A stretch of 63,879 nucleotides of DNA, counting the filler, from Octopus bimaculoides (taxonomy: Eukaryota), in NCBI RefSeq assembly GCF_001194135.2. It is 8 parts of 7 records of this genome, joined end to end, with 100 filler letters (N's around TTAATTAATTAA, not from the genome) between each part and the next. Parts side by side here need not be neighbours in the genome. Positions count along the whole stretch, not along the records: positions 1 to 26,928 come from NC_068987.1; positions 27,029 to 49,223 come from NC_068988.1; 6 more parts are not named here. One strand, written 5' to 3'. A program made the position numbers and the translations under genes. The notes under the pieces are model-generated. The model was not told the origin of the DNA. It was given only the letters and a program-made list of their open reading frames with translations, and made no database searches. This document shows, one piece after another, positions 24,079 through 37,959 of this stretch; position 1 is the stretch's first letter, and each line of letters begins with the position of its first letter.

Positions 24079-26530
24079 NNNNNNNNNNNNNNNNNNNNNN
24101 NNNNNNNNNNNNNNNNNNNNNNNNNNNNNNNNNNNNNNNNNNNNNNNNNNNNNNNNNNNNNNNNNNNNNNNNNNNNNNNNCTACATTAGAAGAATATAGT
24201 GCTGCAACTATTCAAGTTTTGATCAAGATTTCAACCGAACTCGACCCAAGTCCAATCCACCCTCCCTCCCTCCCACTAATCATAATAAACTGTTAATTTT
24301 TTATGTGAAAGTTATCAAATTTCTATAATGAGAGACGCGTGGTTTTAGAATGACCAGTAGATGGCTTGAGAGGGGTTGTAAATTTTTGTAGAATCTTCAG
24401 TTTCATAAATTGCGAACATTCTTTTAGAACAGATATTTTTTCTCATTCATTATGGAGAATAAATACATTACCAAAATAGTATTTGCTATTAGCATTATAT
24501 TAGTATTGGAGTTTAAGTTACAACTCTGTAAAAAAAATATGTTTTGCTTTGTTAATTGTTTGGTAATATTTCAATGCTGAAGTTATGGTAATGAAATTAA
24601 CTTTAAGTTGCTGCAATACAACCGAATCAACACTGCTTTTCAGTCATGTAGATACGAAGTGTTGTTTAAGAATAGATATTTGATTCAAAATGAAGACTAG
24701 GTATATACCAAAATAGTATTATTTTCAACGTTTGCTGAAATCGTTTTCGGTAAATAATTTTGGCCTTAACTATTCAATAGAAAGTCAGCTCCTAGCAGTA
24801 AGACNNNNNNNNNNNNNNNNNNNNNNNNNNNNNNNNNNNNNNNNNNNNNNNNNNNNNNNNNNNNNNNNNNNNNNNNNNNNNNNNNNNNNNNNNNNNNNNN
24901 NNNNNNNNNNNNNNNNNNNNNNNNNNNNNNNNNNNNNNNNNNNNNNNNNNNNNNNNNNNNNNNNNNNNNNNNNNNNNNNNNNNNNNNNNNNNNNNNNNNN
25001 NNNNNNNNNNNNNNNNNNNNNNNNNNNNNNNNNNNNNNNNNNNNNNNNNNNNNNNNNNNNNNNNNNNNNNNNNNNNNNNNNNNNNNNNNNNNNNNNNNNN
25101 NNNNNNNNNNNNNNNNNNNNNNNNNNNNNNNNNNNNNNNNNNNNNNNNNNNNNNNNNNNNNNNNNNNNNNNNNNNNNNNNNNNNNNNNNNNNNNNNNNNN
25201 NNNNNNNNNNNNNNNNNNNNNNNNNNNNNNNNNNNNNNNNNNNNNNNNNNNNNNNNNNNNNNNNNNNNNNNNNNNNNNNNNNNNNNNNNNNNNNNNNNNN
25301 NNNNNNNNNNNNNNNNNNNNNNNNNNNNNNNNNNNNNNNNNNNNNNNNNNNNNNNNNNNNNNNNNNNNNNNNNNNNNNNNNNNNNNNNNNNNNNNNNNNN
25401 NNNNNNNNNNNNNNNNNNNNNNNNNNNNNNNNNNNNNNNNNNNNNNNNNNNNNNNNNNNNNNNNNNNNNNNNNNNNNNNNNNNNNNNNNNNNNNNNNNNN
25501 NNNNNNNNNNNNNNNNNNNNNNNNNNNNNNNNNNNNNNNNNNNNNNNNNNNNNNNNNNNNNNNNNNNNNNNNNNNNNNNNNNNNNNNNNNNNNNNNNNNN
25601 NNNNNNNNNNTTTTTTTTTTTTTGTTATTCTATTTCTGTTTGTTTATTTTGTTTCTATTGTATGAATTGTTAAAAGATTGCTACACGAAACTTTGCCACC
25701 TTAACATCGATTGCAAAATTTTCATTCACAATAAATTGTTGAGACAGTTAATAAATCGCATTTACAATAAGTTGTAGTTATTCCAGTGAAAAACAAAAAA
25801 CATCATTTCTTTTATAATTTTTATGTTTTACCCGAGAAACCTCATTACAGTTAGAAGGTCTGTACAAGAAGCATTGTTAAAAGAAAGTCTGTAGAAGAAG
25901 CATTGGGTATTATTGCAGGAAATGTAGCACAACAGGGTCAAAATATCCGATCGTCAGCAACATGCTGCATAAAGAAATTATAGTAGGTATAATAATAAAG
26001 ATGATGATAGCGCTAAATAATTTCTTGAATAAGCACAAACCAACACATTTGATGGAAAAGTATAGTTGGTTATATCAATTTTAGTAACTGGCTGGTACTA
26101 ATTTCATAGAATCTTGGAAGGGTGAAAGGTAAAGTCGATTTCGAGAGAATTTGAACTCAGAGCGTAAAGAGGTGCATCTAAATTCTACACATTTTATTTT
26201 CAAATTCTATAAATCATGCATGAGCAACTTGCAACACTCGACATGTTGTTGTGCGGCCCTCGACGAGTTTCTAGGTTACTAATTTCATACTAAGATAAAT
26301 AAACTTTCATGCTACGACAAATAAGATTAAGAACTGCAAAAAAATCAGTGTAAAGTGGACAAGGAATATTTCATGCATGTGTTTTGTCATGCGGCCCTCT
26401 CCTACTTGGAAATGGTACGATACGGCCCCCAGTTGAGGAAAAGTTGCCCATCCCTGCTATAAATCCTCCTCCCACCGTACTTAATGATGATGATGATGAT
26501 GACGATGATGATGATGATTGTTGCTGTTGT

Positions 26531-26735
26531 CAAGGCGACAGAACCATTAGCACGCCGGACAATATGCTTGTCGGCATTTAGTCCGTCTTTAGGTTTTGAG
26601 TTCAAATTCCGCCGAGGTTAACTGTGCCTTCCATCCTTTCGGGGTAGATGTAATAAGTACTAACTGAGCGCTGGGGTCGGTGCAACCAATTTACTTCCTG
26701 CCCCCAAATTGCTGGCCTTGTGCCAAAACTTGAAA
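26531..26735 (+). mobile_element. SINE family A followed by (CAT)n(TAT)n
   Basis: Family A consensus match. Confidence 0.85.
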
Positions 26736-26765
26736 TCATGATCATGATCATCATCATCATCATCA

Positions 26766-26824
<59 letters not shown>

Positions 26825-27028
26825 TCTTTATTGATGATAAAAGCATAAGGTCCGTTTAAAAACTTCGGTCATCGCTTACTACTCACGCTTGATAAATATC
26901 ACAACTGGACCTATATCCCTCTTTTGAANNNNNNNNNNNNNNNNNNNNNNNNNNNNNNNNNNNNNNNNNNNNTTAATTAATTAANNNNNNNNNNNNNNNN
27001 NNNNNNNNNNNNNNNNNNNNNNNNNNNN

Positions 27029-27074
<46 letters not shown>

Positions 27075-27444
27075 ACACACAGATGCACACATACACACAT
27101 ACACACACACACGCACGCCCGCCCGCACGCACGCACACGCACGCACATTCACACAGGCGCATGCATACCACCGTTTGACGAACACAAGCATACATCTTTT
27201 GAATCTCGTTGAATAAATAGTAAGACTTAACCATCGATAATTAATGCATGAAATACATATGTATATGTGAACGTTTTAAGTTCTAGATAAAAAAAAAGAA
27301 GATAAAAATAGCAAAAAAAGAAAAAAACAAAGACTTTCAAAATGTTATATAATGTTTGAAGAAAAATATCAGCTAGGTTGGTCTTCTTCCCATTGTATAG
27401 TAAATATATAGTAATAATGACAATGTTGATGATCACAATAATAA

Positions 27445-27663
27445 TAATTATGGTTTCAAATTTTGCCGCAAGGGCAGCAGTTTTGGGAGAGGGGATGAAT
27501 CGATTGCATTGACCCCAGTGTTCAACTGGGACTATTTTATCAGCCCCAAAAGGATGAAAGGTAAAGTCGACCTCGGCGGAATTTGAACTCAGAACGTGTA
27601 GACAGAAGACATGACGTTAAGCTCTTGGCCGGTGTGTTAACGATTCTGCCAGCTCGCCGCCTT
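27445..27663 (-). mobile_element. SINE family A
   Basis: Reverse complement of the consensus, ending CAGCTCGCCGCCTT next to (AAT)n. Confidence 0.9.
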
Positions 27664-29167
27664 CAATAACAATAATAATAATTTATTTACGTCAACAATT
27701 GACTTCAACACCGACGCCTGAATGCATATCGGGCTGAATTCTCTTCGATTTTAGTTGAGTGNNNNNNNNNNNNNNNNNNNNNNNNNNNNNNNNNNNNNNN
27801 NNNNNNNNNNNNNNNNNNNNNNNNNNNNNNNNNNNNNNNNNNNNNNNNNNNNNNNNNNNNNNNNNNNNNNNNNNNNNNNNNNNNNNNNNNNNNNNNNNNN
27901 NNNNNNNNNNNNNNNNNNNNNNNNNNNNNNNNNNNNNNNNNNNNNNNNNNNNNNNNNNNNNNNNNNNNNNNNNNNNNNNNNNNNNNNNNNNNNNNNNNNN
28001 NNNNNNNNNNNNNNNNNNNNNNNNNNNNNNNNNNNNNNNNNNNNNNNNNNNNNNNNNNNNNNNNNNNNNNNNNNNNNNNNNNNNNNNNNNNNNNNNNNNN
28101 NNNNNNNNNNNNNNNNNNNNNNNNNNNNNNNNNNNNNNNNNNNNNNNNNNNNNNNNNNNNNNNNNNNNNNNNNNNNNNNNNNNNNNNNNNNNNNNNNNNN
28201 NNNNNNNNNNNNNNNNNNNNNNNNNNNNNNNNNNNNNNNNNNNNNNNNNNNNNNNNNNNNNNNNNNNNNNNNNNNNNNNNNNNNNNNNNNNNNNNNNNNN
28301 NNNNNNNNNNNNNNNNNNNNNNNNNNNNNNNNNNNNNNNNNNNNNNNNNNNNNNNNNNNNNNNNNNNNNNNNNNNNNNNNNNNNNNNNNNNNNNNNNNNN
28401 NNNNNNNNNNNNNNNNNNNNNNNNNNNNNNNNNNNNNNNNNNNNNNNNNNNNNNNNNNNNNNNNNNNNNNNNNNNNNNNNNNNNNNNNNNNNNNNNNNNN
28501 NNNNNNNNNNNNNNNNNNNNNNNNNNNNNNNNNNNNNNNNNNNNNNNNNNNNNNNNNNNNNNNNNNNNNNNNNNNNNNNNNNNNNNNNNNNNNNNNNNNN
28601 NNNNNNNNNNNNNNNNNNNNNNNNNNNNNNNNNNTATATATATGCACACACACACACACACAACTAAAGTATACATGTATACAAGTGGGTATGTGTATGT
28701 ATATGAATATTTATATGAATATATTTTTATATATAGGTGTGTGTATTTATGAAGGCATCCATAAACTTGTATATACATGTATGTTTGTATGTATCTCTCG
28801 TTAGCCAATACATAGCTTATCTTTATGTTTCGTGGCCTGTGTCGGAGTATCTGTGTATGGTGAGCATGTTAGAGAAGACAGATTAAGCATGCATTTCCAT
28901 AAGTAGGCTTATGTTCAGGTGCTTTAGAGAGAAGGTGAGAGAGAGGTGTTTCTCTTTAGTAGAATGAAACTACAACAAAGCTAGGTTGCTAGAGTTGTAA
29001 TCATTGTATACAGGTCAGTCTTGATGAAGCAGATATATGGTTAAATGCTTTCCAGTCGTGACCATACCAACTGTTATGTCTTTGACTGCATTATCTAACA
29101 TTTTGTTGGCTTCAGGCATTAGTTTGCGGCTTTGCTGGGGAACTCTCTTGAAGAATTCTTAGTTGCA

Positions 29168-29492
29168 TGAATCGACCCCAGGACTTATTTTCTGCTGAGT
29201 CTGGTACTTATTCTGTCTCTTTTGCCGAATTGCTAGGTTACGGGGACGTAAAGGGACCAACACCGGTTGTCAAGCGGTGGTGGAGGACAAATACAAACAC
29301 AAACACAGACAAACAGACATACACACACTCACATATACACGACAGGCTTCTTTCATTTTCTTTCAACCAAATTCACCCACAAGGCTTTGGTTGGCCCCAG
29401 GCTATTGTAGAAGATACTTGCCCAAGGTGCCACACGGTGGGATTGAACCCAGAACCATGCGGTTGTGAAACAAGCTTCTTATCACACAGCCA
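29168..29492 (-). mobile_element. SINE family B
   Basis: TCGACCCCAGGACTTATT...GGTTGTCAAGCGG...CCCAAGGTGCCAC...GAACCCAGAACCATG. Confidence 0.9.
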
Positions 29493-29631
29493 CAACTGTC
29501 TATTTTTCAAAAAACAGCGTGTGTGATTTGAGGGGACTTTGTGGCCATTTCTTATTGTCGGTTGTATTAAGACCATTCAGAGAATACTTAAAAATAGAAC
29601 AGTTAAGATAATGTCAATATTTAAAGCGCGA

Positions 29632-29922
29632 TTAGCGGCAAGCTGGCGGAGTCGTTATCGCGCCGGGCAAAATGCTTAGCGGCATTTCGTCCGACTTTAC
29701 GTTCAAATACCACCATGGTCGACTTTACCTTTCATTCTTTGCGGGTCGATAAAATAAGCACCAGTTGAACACTGGAGATCGATGTAATCGACTTATCTCC
29801 TCTCCTAGAAATTACTGGCCTTGTGCCAAAATTTAATAAAGTGATAGACTATAGTCTATCACTTTATCAAATTTTGGCACAAGGCCAGTAATTTCTAGGA
29901 GAGGAGATAAGTCGATTACATC
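29632..29922 (+). mobile_element. SINE family A whose 3' end is folded into a 142-bp palindrome (29781-29922)
   Basis: Two 71-bp arms centred on 29851/29852 (GACTA|TAGTC) with a single mismatch (29835/29868). Confidence 0.9.
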
Positions 29923-31214
29923 TGGGAAGCATTGTTGCTGGGAAGCATTGTTGCGTTCTTGAGCAAAGTATTTCATTTCATGTTACTTCAGTCTATGGTA
30001 TAATCATCTTTCTGAAATAATGATCTTTTTCTTCTCGATCTACATTCTGGATGTTCCACTGAGTCAAGGGCCGAAACGGTGTCTATGTCCGTTCACAACA
30101 ACACGGTTATCTCCAACCTAATGGCGAAAGCACGGTCGACACCGTCAAATTTTATCTGCTTGTGACTAACGGCTACAGTAATAAAAAATTATATTATGTG
30201 GTGGGGTAATGGTAAAAACTATTCATCATCGACAAATATTTTGATTATTTTAGTGTGGACGGAAGTTAACTCCATAGATGTTTCGGTCTCATGAAACTTT
30301 CTTAACAGAGCACTAACTTCACTGAGCATATTAAAATAGTGTTGAAAGAAATACTAACTAAATGTATAATAATAAATGATAATGATTAGAAGAACAGAAA
30401 ATTAGGAATATAGAATGAATAAATTACACTTAGAGAAACAATCTCCGTGAAAAATTGTAAGTTAATATACACATATATACAGAAAGACTCATATGTGTTA
30501 AAGACTAATATTTTTCCTCGCAGAAAATGTTTTCATAGTTCTCCTTTACTAATGGGCCAGTAGTAGAGTTGGTCTGATTTGGCCTGTCCTGGTAAGGAAG
30601 GGCAGAGATAAACTAGAAGGAAAAAGAAAAAATGGAATGTATCATATATATACACTGTAGGCTTCACAAAATATCATTTTCCTTCTCATCATTATCATGA
30701 TTATCGTCACCACCACCACCACCACCACCACCACAACTACGATCATCATCATCGTCATCATCATCATCATCGCCGCCGCCAACGCCACAAACAGCGGAGA
30801 TGATGAGAACGGATCTCGTCTAATTTCATTTGGCAATCCTATCTCGGAATCTGAAGCACAATGTTAAAATATTTCGATCATATCTGCTTTGAGAAATCGT
30901 GTTGTCGGTAGTTCACGCAACTTAATCAGCACTCTAAGGACTGGTAATTAAAAAACAAAAGAAATCAACATAGAAATTGATTTCCCATGAAGATATCACT
31001 ATGAAGACTTTAAAAAGAAAAAACAGACCCCTGGAATATATACAACAATATCTTGGAATGACTTGCATAAACACGAGGAAAATTTTGAGAAAAACTTTAA
31101 AGTAGAATACGAAATACCTGCTTCACAACACAAAATTATTTTCAGTTATTCATTCCAACTATTTAGCCAGGTCCCACCCTTCTAGACTAATTGTTAATCA
31201 AGATTCCTTATATA

Positions 31215-31395
31215 TAGGCGAAGGCGTGATTGTGTGGTAAGAAGCTTGTTTCCACCCACATGGCTCGGGGTTCAGTCCCACTGCGTGGCACCTTGGGCAA
31301 GTGTCTTTTACTATAACCTAGGGCGGACGGATTTGGTAGACGGAAACTGAAAGAAGCCCGTCGTATATATAAGTATATGTGTGTGTGTGTGTACA
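31215..31395 (+). mobile_element. SINE family B 5' half
   Basis: GGCGTGATTGTGTGGTAAGAAGCTTG...GGGTTCAGTCCCACTGCGTGGCACCTTGGGCAAGTGTC...GAAAGAAGCCCGTCG. Confidence 0.85.
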
Positions 31396-31659
31396 TTGAG
31401 TCTTTTTGAAGCATATGTATTGGTCGGATAATTGTATATATCAGGACATCGGTGAAAATCCTCCTTACGTTCTTTAGGGAGCGTTGAATTTAGCAATTCA
31501 CAGTTGACCAAACCATTGTTACACAAGACTGCATTTTCATTTATCTTTAACATTTTGTTAATATCAGCTGGACAACTGACCTCTGACCGTATACGCACCT
31601 TATTTTCCAACTCGCAGATCATTATGTCTTAGCTGTTTCGCTTAATTTTACCTAGCGAT

Positions 31660-31742
31660 CTTCTTCTTCTTCTTCTTCTTCTTCTTCTTCTTCTTCTTCT
31701 TCTTCTTCTTCTTCTTCTTCTTCTTCTTCTTCTCATCATCAC

Positions 31743-31783
<41 letters not shown>

Positions 31784-31798
31784 ATATTATTATTATTA
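31660..31798. repeat. (CTT)n(CAT)n(TAT)n compound microsatellite
   Basis: Direct reading. Confidence 0.95.
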
Positions 31799-32032
31799 GA
31801 ACATTCCTCCCGTATTCGTTCGTGTTGTGAGTATACCCTTTACATCGATATAACTTATAAAATTTTTCTATCTTTCAGAATATCCTTTCCAGGATTTGCA
31901 TCATATAGTGTTTTACCCATCATAAACCGCAAAGATAGATAACATCATTATGATATTTTAGGACAGTTGTATAAGTGTGTGAGTGTGCGTGTGCGTGCAT
32001 GCGAGTGTGTGTGTTTGAGAGAGAGCGAAGGG

Positions 32033-32103
<71 letters not shown>

Positions 32104-32260
32104 CGAGAAAGAGAGAGAGAGGGAGAGAGTTGGAGAGAGAGAGAGAGGGAGAGAGTTGGAGAGAGAGAGAGAGAGAGNNNNNNNNNNNNNNNNNNNNNNN
32201 NNNNNNNNNNNNNNNNNNNNNNNNNNNNNNNNNNNNNNNNNNNNNNNNNNNNNNNNNNNN

Positions 32261-32314
<54 letters not shown>

Positions 32315-32439
32315 CGTGTACGTGTGTAATATTGTGTTTGTGTTTGTAGCGTGATAGTGACAGGTATTGCCACTGGGTATTGTTGCCCGATAACCGTTCG
32401 TTCGTCTAAGCGTACGTGACGTGCGTACTGATAGAAGGA

Positions 32440-32479
<40 letters not shown>

Positions 32480-33946
32480 GTGACAGAGAATCCGAGAATG
32501 AGAGAAGAAAAGACACACACACGCACACAGAGATAGAGTGAGACATCTACAAGAGTAACCACACACATATACACACACACATACACACAGACAAACACTT
32601 ACACGCACATACACTTCACTGTATAAACACATCACCATTCACCACTTCACTGTTACCGAATCGACACTTAGGTATCTCCGGGGGGGAGTTGGAAATTCTT
32701 CCTTGTAAACATCCTTACAGCAGTGGCAGCTGTACCACCACCACCATCATCATCAACAACAACAACAACAACAACAGCAGCACCACCACCAACAACAAGC
32801 AGTCAAAACTTCACTTTTTCCTTCCAGCAATTAAAAGATTTAGATACGAAGAGGGATGCAAAGCAAGTAATGTTTCAGGTAGTTTACCACTTGAACAACA
32901 ATAATAANNNNNNNNNNNNNNNNNNNNNNNNNNNNNNNNNNNNNNNNNNNNNNNNNNNNNNNNNNNNNNNNNNNNNNNNNNNNNNNNNNNNNNNNNNNNN
33001 NNNNNNNNNNNNNNNNNNNNNNNNNNNNNNNNNNNNNNNNNNNNNNNNNNNNNNNNNNNNNNNNNNNNNNNNNNNNNNNNNNNNNNNNNNNNNNNNNNNN
33101 NNNNNNNNNNNNNNNNNNNNNNNNNNNNNNNNNNNNNNNNNNNNNNNNNNNNNNNNNNNNNNNNNNNNNNNNNNNNNNNNNNNNNNNNNNNNNNNNNNNN
33201 NNNNNNNNNNNNNNNNNNNNNNNNNNNNNNNNNNNNNNNNNNNNNNNNNNNNNNNNNNNNNNNNNNNNNNNNNNNNNNNNNNNNNNNNNNNNNNNNNNNN
33301 NNNNNNNNNNNNNNNNNNNNNNNNNNNNNNNNNNNNNNNNNNNNNNNNNNNNNNNNNNNNNNNNNNNNNNNNNNNNNNNNNNNNNNNNNNNNNNNNNNNN
33401 NNNNNNNNNNNNNNNNNNNNNNNNNNNNNNNNNNNNNNNNNNNNNNNNNNNNNNNNNNNNNNNNNNNNNNNNNNNNNNNNNNNNNNNNNNNNNNNNNNNN
33501 NNNNNNNNNNNNNNNNNNNNNNNNNNNNNNNNNNNNNNNNNNNNNNNNNNNNNNNNNNNNNNNNNNNNNNNNNNNNNNNNNNNNNNNNNNNNNNNNNNNN
33601 NNNNNNNNNNNNNNNNNNNNNNNNNNNNNNNNNNNNNNNNNNNNNNNNNNNNNNNNNNNNNNNNNNNNNNNNNNNNNNNNNNNNNNNNNNNNNNNNNNNN
33701 NNNNNNNNNNNNNNNNNNNNNNNNNNNNNNNNNNNNNNNNNNNNNNNNNNNNNNNNNNNNNNNNNNNNNNNNNNNNNNNNNNNNNNNNNNNNNNNNNNNN
33801 NNNNNNNNNNNNNNNNNNNNNNNNNNNNNNNNNNNNNNNNNNNNNNNNNNNNNNNNNNNNNNNNNNNNNNNNNNNNNNNNNNNNNNNNNNNNNNNNNGCA
33901 GAATTTGAATTCGGAACATAGCGGCAGACGGCAGCTCGCCGCCTTG

Positions 33947-34044
<98 letters not shown>

Positions 34045-34570
34045 TGATGATGATGATGATGATGATAATGATGATGATGATAATAATAATCCTTTCTACT
34101 ATAGGCACAAGGCCTGAAATTTGATGGATTGGAGTTAGTGAACAACATCAACCCAGTGCTCAAAGGGGGTCATATTACTGAGTATGTGTGTGTGAGAGAG
34201 CGCTTGTGCAAACGCAATCATACATACACACATATGCATGAGTTTACATACATATGTACATACATACATATGCACAAACATACATCCATACATACGTACA
34301 TACATACATACATATACATATGCATATATATATGTATATATACATATTTGTATGTGTGTGTGTGTAATTGAATATAGATAAGAGGAGAGGCCACTAAGTT
34401 GATTCCTTGTTTGCTAAAAATAGACGTCAAACCATCCTACCACGAAAAATGTGTTCTCAAATTAGCAAGACGCTAGATGTTTACGAGCTAGATAAATGAA
34501 AAGAAATAAACATAGCACTTAATTACATAGCTTAAGGTTTCGTCATAAACAATTTAATTATCTGTATGTA

Positions 34571-35455
34571 CGAGGTCTGATTAATAAGTATCCGGATTCT
34601 TCCTATAGTAACGAAGCTGAAGCACACAGAGTGAAGTTGCTTGGCACATATTGACCTTGAACTTTGTTGTGCATGTGCAATAAGTATTAACGTTCTAGCT
34701 TACTTCTGCTGTTTACAGCAGTTTGCTTGGAAGGAAGGTGTGTAGCGTGTGATCGTCGCGTTAACCACGGCAGAGTAAGTTATGGCGATACCTGCTCAGA
34801 TGCCTGCGCAAAGTTGCGGAAAGTGTATGGAGAGGAGTGTATGAGCCGCACACAAGTGTATGAGAGGTTCAGACGTTTCTAAGAGGGCAGAAAAAATGTC
34901 GAGATTGACGAACGTTCAGGGAGACCCGCAACCAGCAGAACTGAGAGAAACATCACAGATGTGTGTGCAGCTGTGAGGGGAAATCCATCCGTGAGTTATC
35001 AGAGGATATGCATATTGGTTACGGTTCAGTTCAGTTCAGTCCATTATCACTGAAGATTTGGGTATGAGACACGTGTCTGCTAAGTTGGTGCCAAAACTGC
35101 ATTCAGCTGACCAAAAGGACACTCGGGTTTCAGTTGCACATGATCTCATTGATTGCGTGGAGAACAATGAAAACTTTTTGAAAATTTTGTGTAGGCCTCT
35201 GAGCAGGTATCGCCAAGCTTTTGGCAAAATTTGATACAGATTCTCTGCTCAACGTTCTCTGTCATGGTCAGTGCGACGATCACAATCTACACACCTTCCT
35301 TCCAAGCACTGCTGTAAACAGTGGATGTGAGCAAGAACGTTAAAACTTAGTGGCATGCACAGCAGAGTTCCAGGTCAATCTGTGCCAAGCAGCTTCACTC
35401 TCTGTGTTTTAGTTTCGTTGTAGCAACATCCTGGATACTGACTGATCACGCCACG
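34571..35455. mobile_element. Mariner-derived element made of two inverted 5' ends
   Basis: TA at 34569-70 and 35456-57. The plus arm encodes GDTCSDACAKLRKVYGEECMSRTQVYERF...SGRPATSRT...MRHVSAKLVPKL. The minus arm (35195-35455) is the same 5' end and encodes MTENVEQRICIKFCQKLGDTCSEAY. Confidence 0.9.
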
Positions 35456-35930
35456 TATATCTTTGAAAAGGTCTAATAAGATCAAAACGTCCATTATTTT
35501 GGCTGATTGGCTTTAAAATATAAGGTGCATTTTCGATATTTCTCCCAAATCCAGATTAACATATTATTTGAGTTATCAGTCTTGTTTGCTGTTCATTGAT
35601 GGGATGGAGTTAGTCAACTACGTCGTCCCCCAGTGCTCAATGGGGTATATTTAACGAGTCTGTGTGAGTCTTGTTTGCGGTTTTTAAATTATAAAAACCA
35701 TAGAAGGAGCGCTTGTCTGTCAATTGCAAAGATATCAGGTAAATGGAGATTTTCAATTCATCCTATTTCGTATGTGGGACATTAGCGTGCGAGTATCTAA
35801 CATGCAGAATATTTCTGGAGGCATTTCTCTCAGCTCTATGTTATGCATGTATGCAATTATATATATATTTATTTATATGTATGTTTGAGCATGGGTGCGT
35901 ATATATGTGTGTGTTTGCTCTCTCTCTTCC

Positions 35931-35963
<33 letters not shown>

Positions 35964-36639
35964 TGCACATATACACACACATATGTACATATAGATTTTC
36001 CTTTTTATTGAAACTGAGTTTCGTCTGAAGATAGCGGTATCTTGAAACTCGAATCGTGTGACACACTCTGATCTTCAGTTCCAACGGAAAAATCCTACAT
36101 GTATTGAATATTCCGTACTTATTCGTTCGACATAAAATAACACACGCTCATGCGCGTGCGCACACATCAAATATCCCGCTTTTTTGCTTCTTTTCCTTTC
36201 TGGATTGCAGCCTCAAGATATTCAAATCTTAAACGTTTCCCAGTGGATTAAATATATTTTGTTATATTTGTTCTGTGCACAATTTCTGAAGTATCTCCCT
36301 TGAAAACGTTTCGTGATAAATGTAGAGGTATGAGAGTTGTGGGTCGCATGTGTGTGCATGTCTTGGTGACATGCACACACACATGCACTCAAAGCTAGAA
36401 ATATATATACATATAAACACCTGGTCATCTACACACACACGCATACACACGTGTGTGGGGGGTGTATGCATGTGTGTATGTATCTACATATATATATATA
36501 TATACATACATACATACACACAAGCACACGCACCTTCGTTTTGGGATCACCAGTACTTTATTATCTCCCCTTCTTCCTAGCTCTCCTGTCAAACTATTTT
36601 TTCGCAACCAGTCGCCATTATTAATCGCTAAATCTACAA

Positions 36640-36805
36640 GTTTTTTTATTTTTATTCTCTCTTTGTTTATTTCCTCGTGTTTCTTTATGTTGAAGAGCGT
36701 AGGCTCGAAACGTAAGAGACTTTCTCACTTCCCCGAGCGTCAAACTAATACACCTGCTTGTTGTTCATACACCTGTCTCCGTGTTTTTGTTTCTCTGTAA
36801 CTATA
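36640..36805 (+). mobile_element. Penelope-like fragment with hammerhead-like motif (36687-36714), next to (TA)n
   Basis: ATGTTGA-A-GAGC-GTAG-GCTC-GAAACGTA. Downstream TTCCCCGAGCGTCAAACTAATAC resembles the 54.8 kb copy. Confidence 0.55.
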
Positions 36806-37512
36806 TATATATATATATATATNNNNNNNNNNNNNNNNNNNNNNNNNNNNNNNNNNNNNNNNNNNNNNNNNNNNNNNNNNNNNNNNNNNNNNNNNNNNNN
36901 NNNNNNNNNNNNNNNNNNNNNNNNNNNNNNNNNNNNNNNNNNNNNNNNNNNNNNNNNNNNNNNNNNNNNNNNNNNNNNNNNNNNNNNNNNNNNNNNNNNN
37001 NNNNNNNNNNNNNNNNNNNNNNNNNNNNNNNNNNNNNNNNNNNNNNNNNNNNNNNNNNNNNNNNNNNNNNNNNNNNNNNNNNNNNNNNNNNNNNNNNNNN
37101 NNNNNNNNNNNNNNNNNNNNNNNNNNNNNNNNNNNNNNNNNNNNNNNNNNNNNNNNNNNNNNNNNNNNNNNNNNNNNNNNNNNNNNNNNNNNNNNNNNNN
37201 NNNNNNNNNNNNNNNNNNNNNNNNNNNNNNNNNNNNNNNNNNNNNNNNNNNNNNNNNNNNNNNNNNNNNNNNNNNNNNNNNNNNNNNNNNNNNNNNNNNN
37301 NNNNNNNNNNNNNNNNNNNNNNNNNNNNNNNNNNNNNNNNNNNNNNNNNNNNNNNNNNNNNNNNNNNNNNNNNNNNNNNNNNNNNNNNNNNNNNNNNNNN
37401 NNNNNNNNNNNNNNNNNNNNNNNNNNNNNNNNNNNNNNNNNNNNNNNNNNNNNNNNTATACACACATATTCATACATAAATGCACGCGCATATCTATGTG
37501 TAGATATATGTT

Positions 37513-37555
<43 letters not shown>

Positions 37556-37959
37556 ATGTGTGTGTGCGCGTTTGTTTGTTTGTGTGTGTGTGTTCCTGTG
37601 TATATGTATACATACATATACATACATATATATGTGTGTGTGTGTGTTTGTATAAACATATACACATATCTACTGACAACAAATGTATCTAAATGTAATT
37701 ACCTGTAATCTTCGGTACTTGACATTCCACTTGCCACTCTGAAGCCAGATTACAAACCTATTAAATACATATTACAAATTGTATATACGTGACAAATTCC
37801 ATGTAAAAATATTAGCAGAGAGGGAAAGAAAATAAAGATAAACTTTGCTATGTCTTACATGTACGTGTTGACAGGACCAATGCTGTGTATCTACTTCATA
37901 GTCTCTGAGTTCATGCAGCGCACGAATTTTTGGTTAAGGTTCTTTTGTCTTTTATGTTT

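Noticed and set aside
25800-26000. Minus-strand AG|CATGTTG acceptor like that of the duplicated exon
   Set aside because: All three frames hit stops and similarity ends after 7 nt.
32689-32907. Poly-His/Gln-like or poly-Thr/Asn ORFs
   Set aside because: Mixed CAC/CAT/CAA trinucleotide repeats with no splice or homology support.
24732-37708. Long ORFs of 200-460 aa in the ORF track
   Set aside because: Composed of X from N gaps plus microsatellite translations; no coding evidence.
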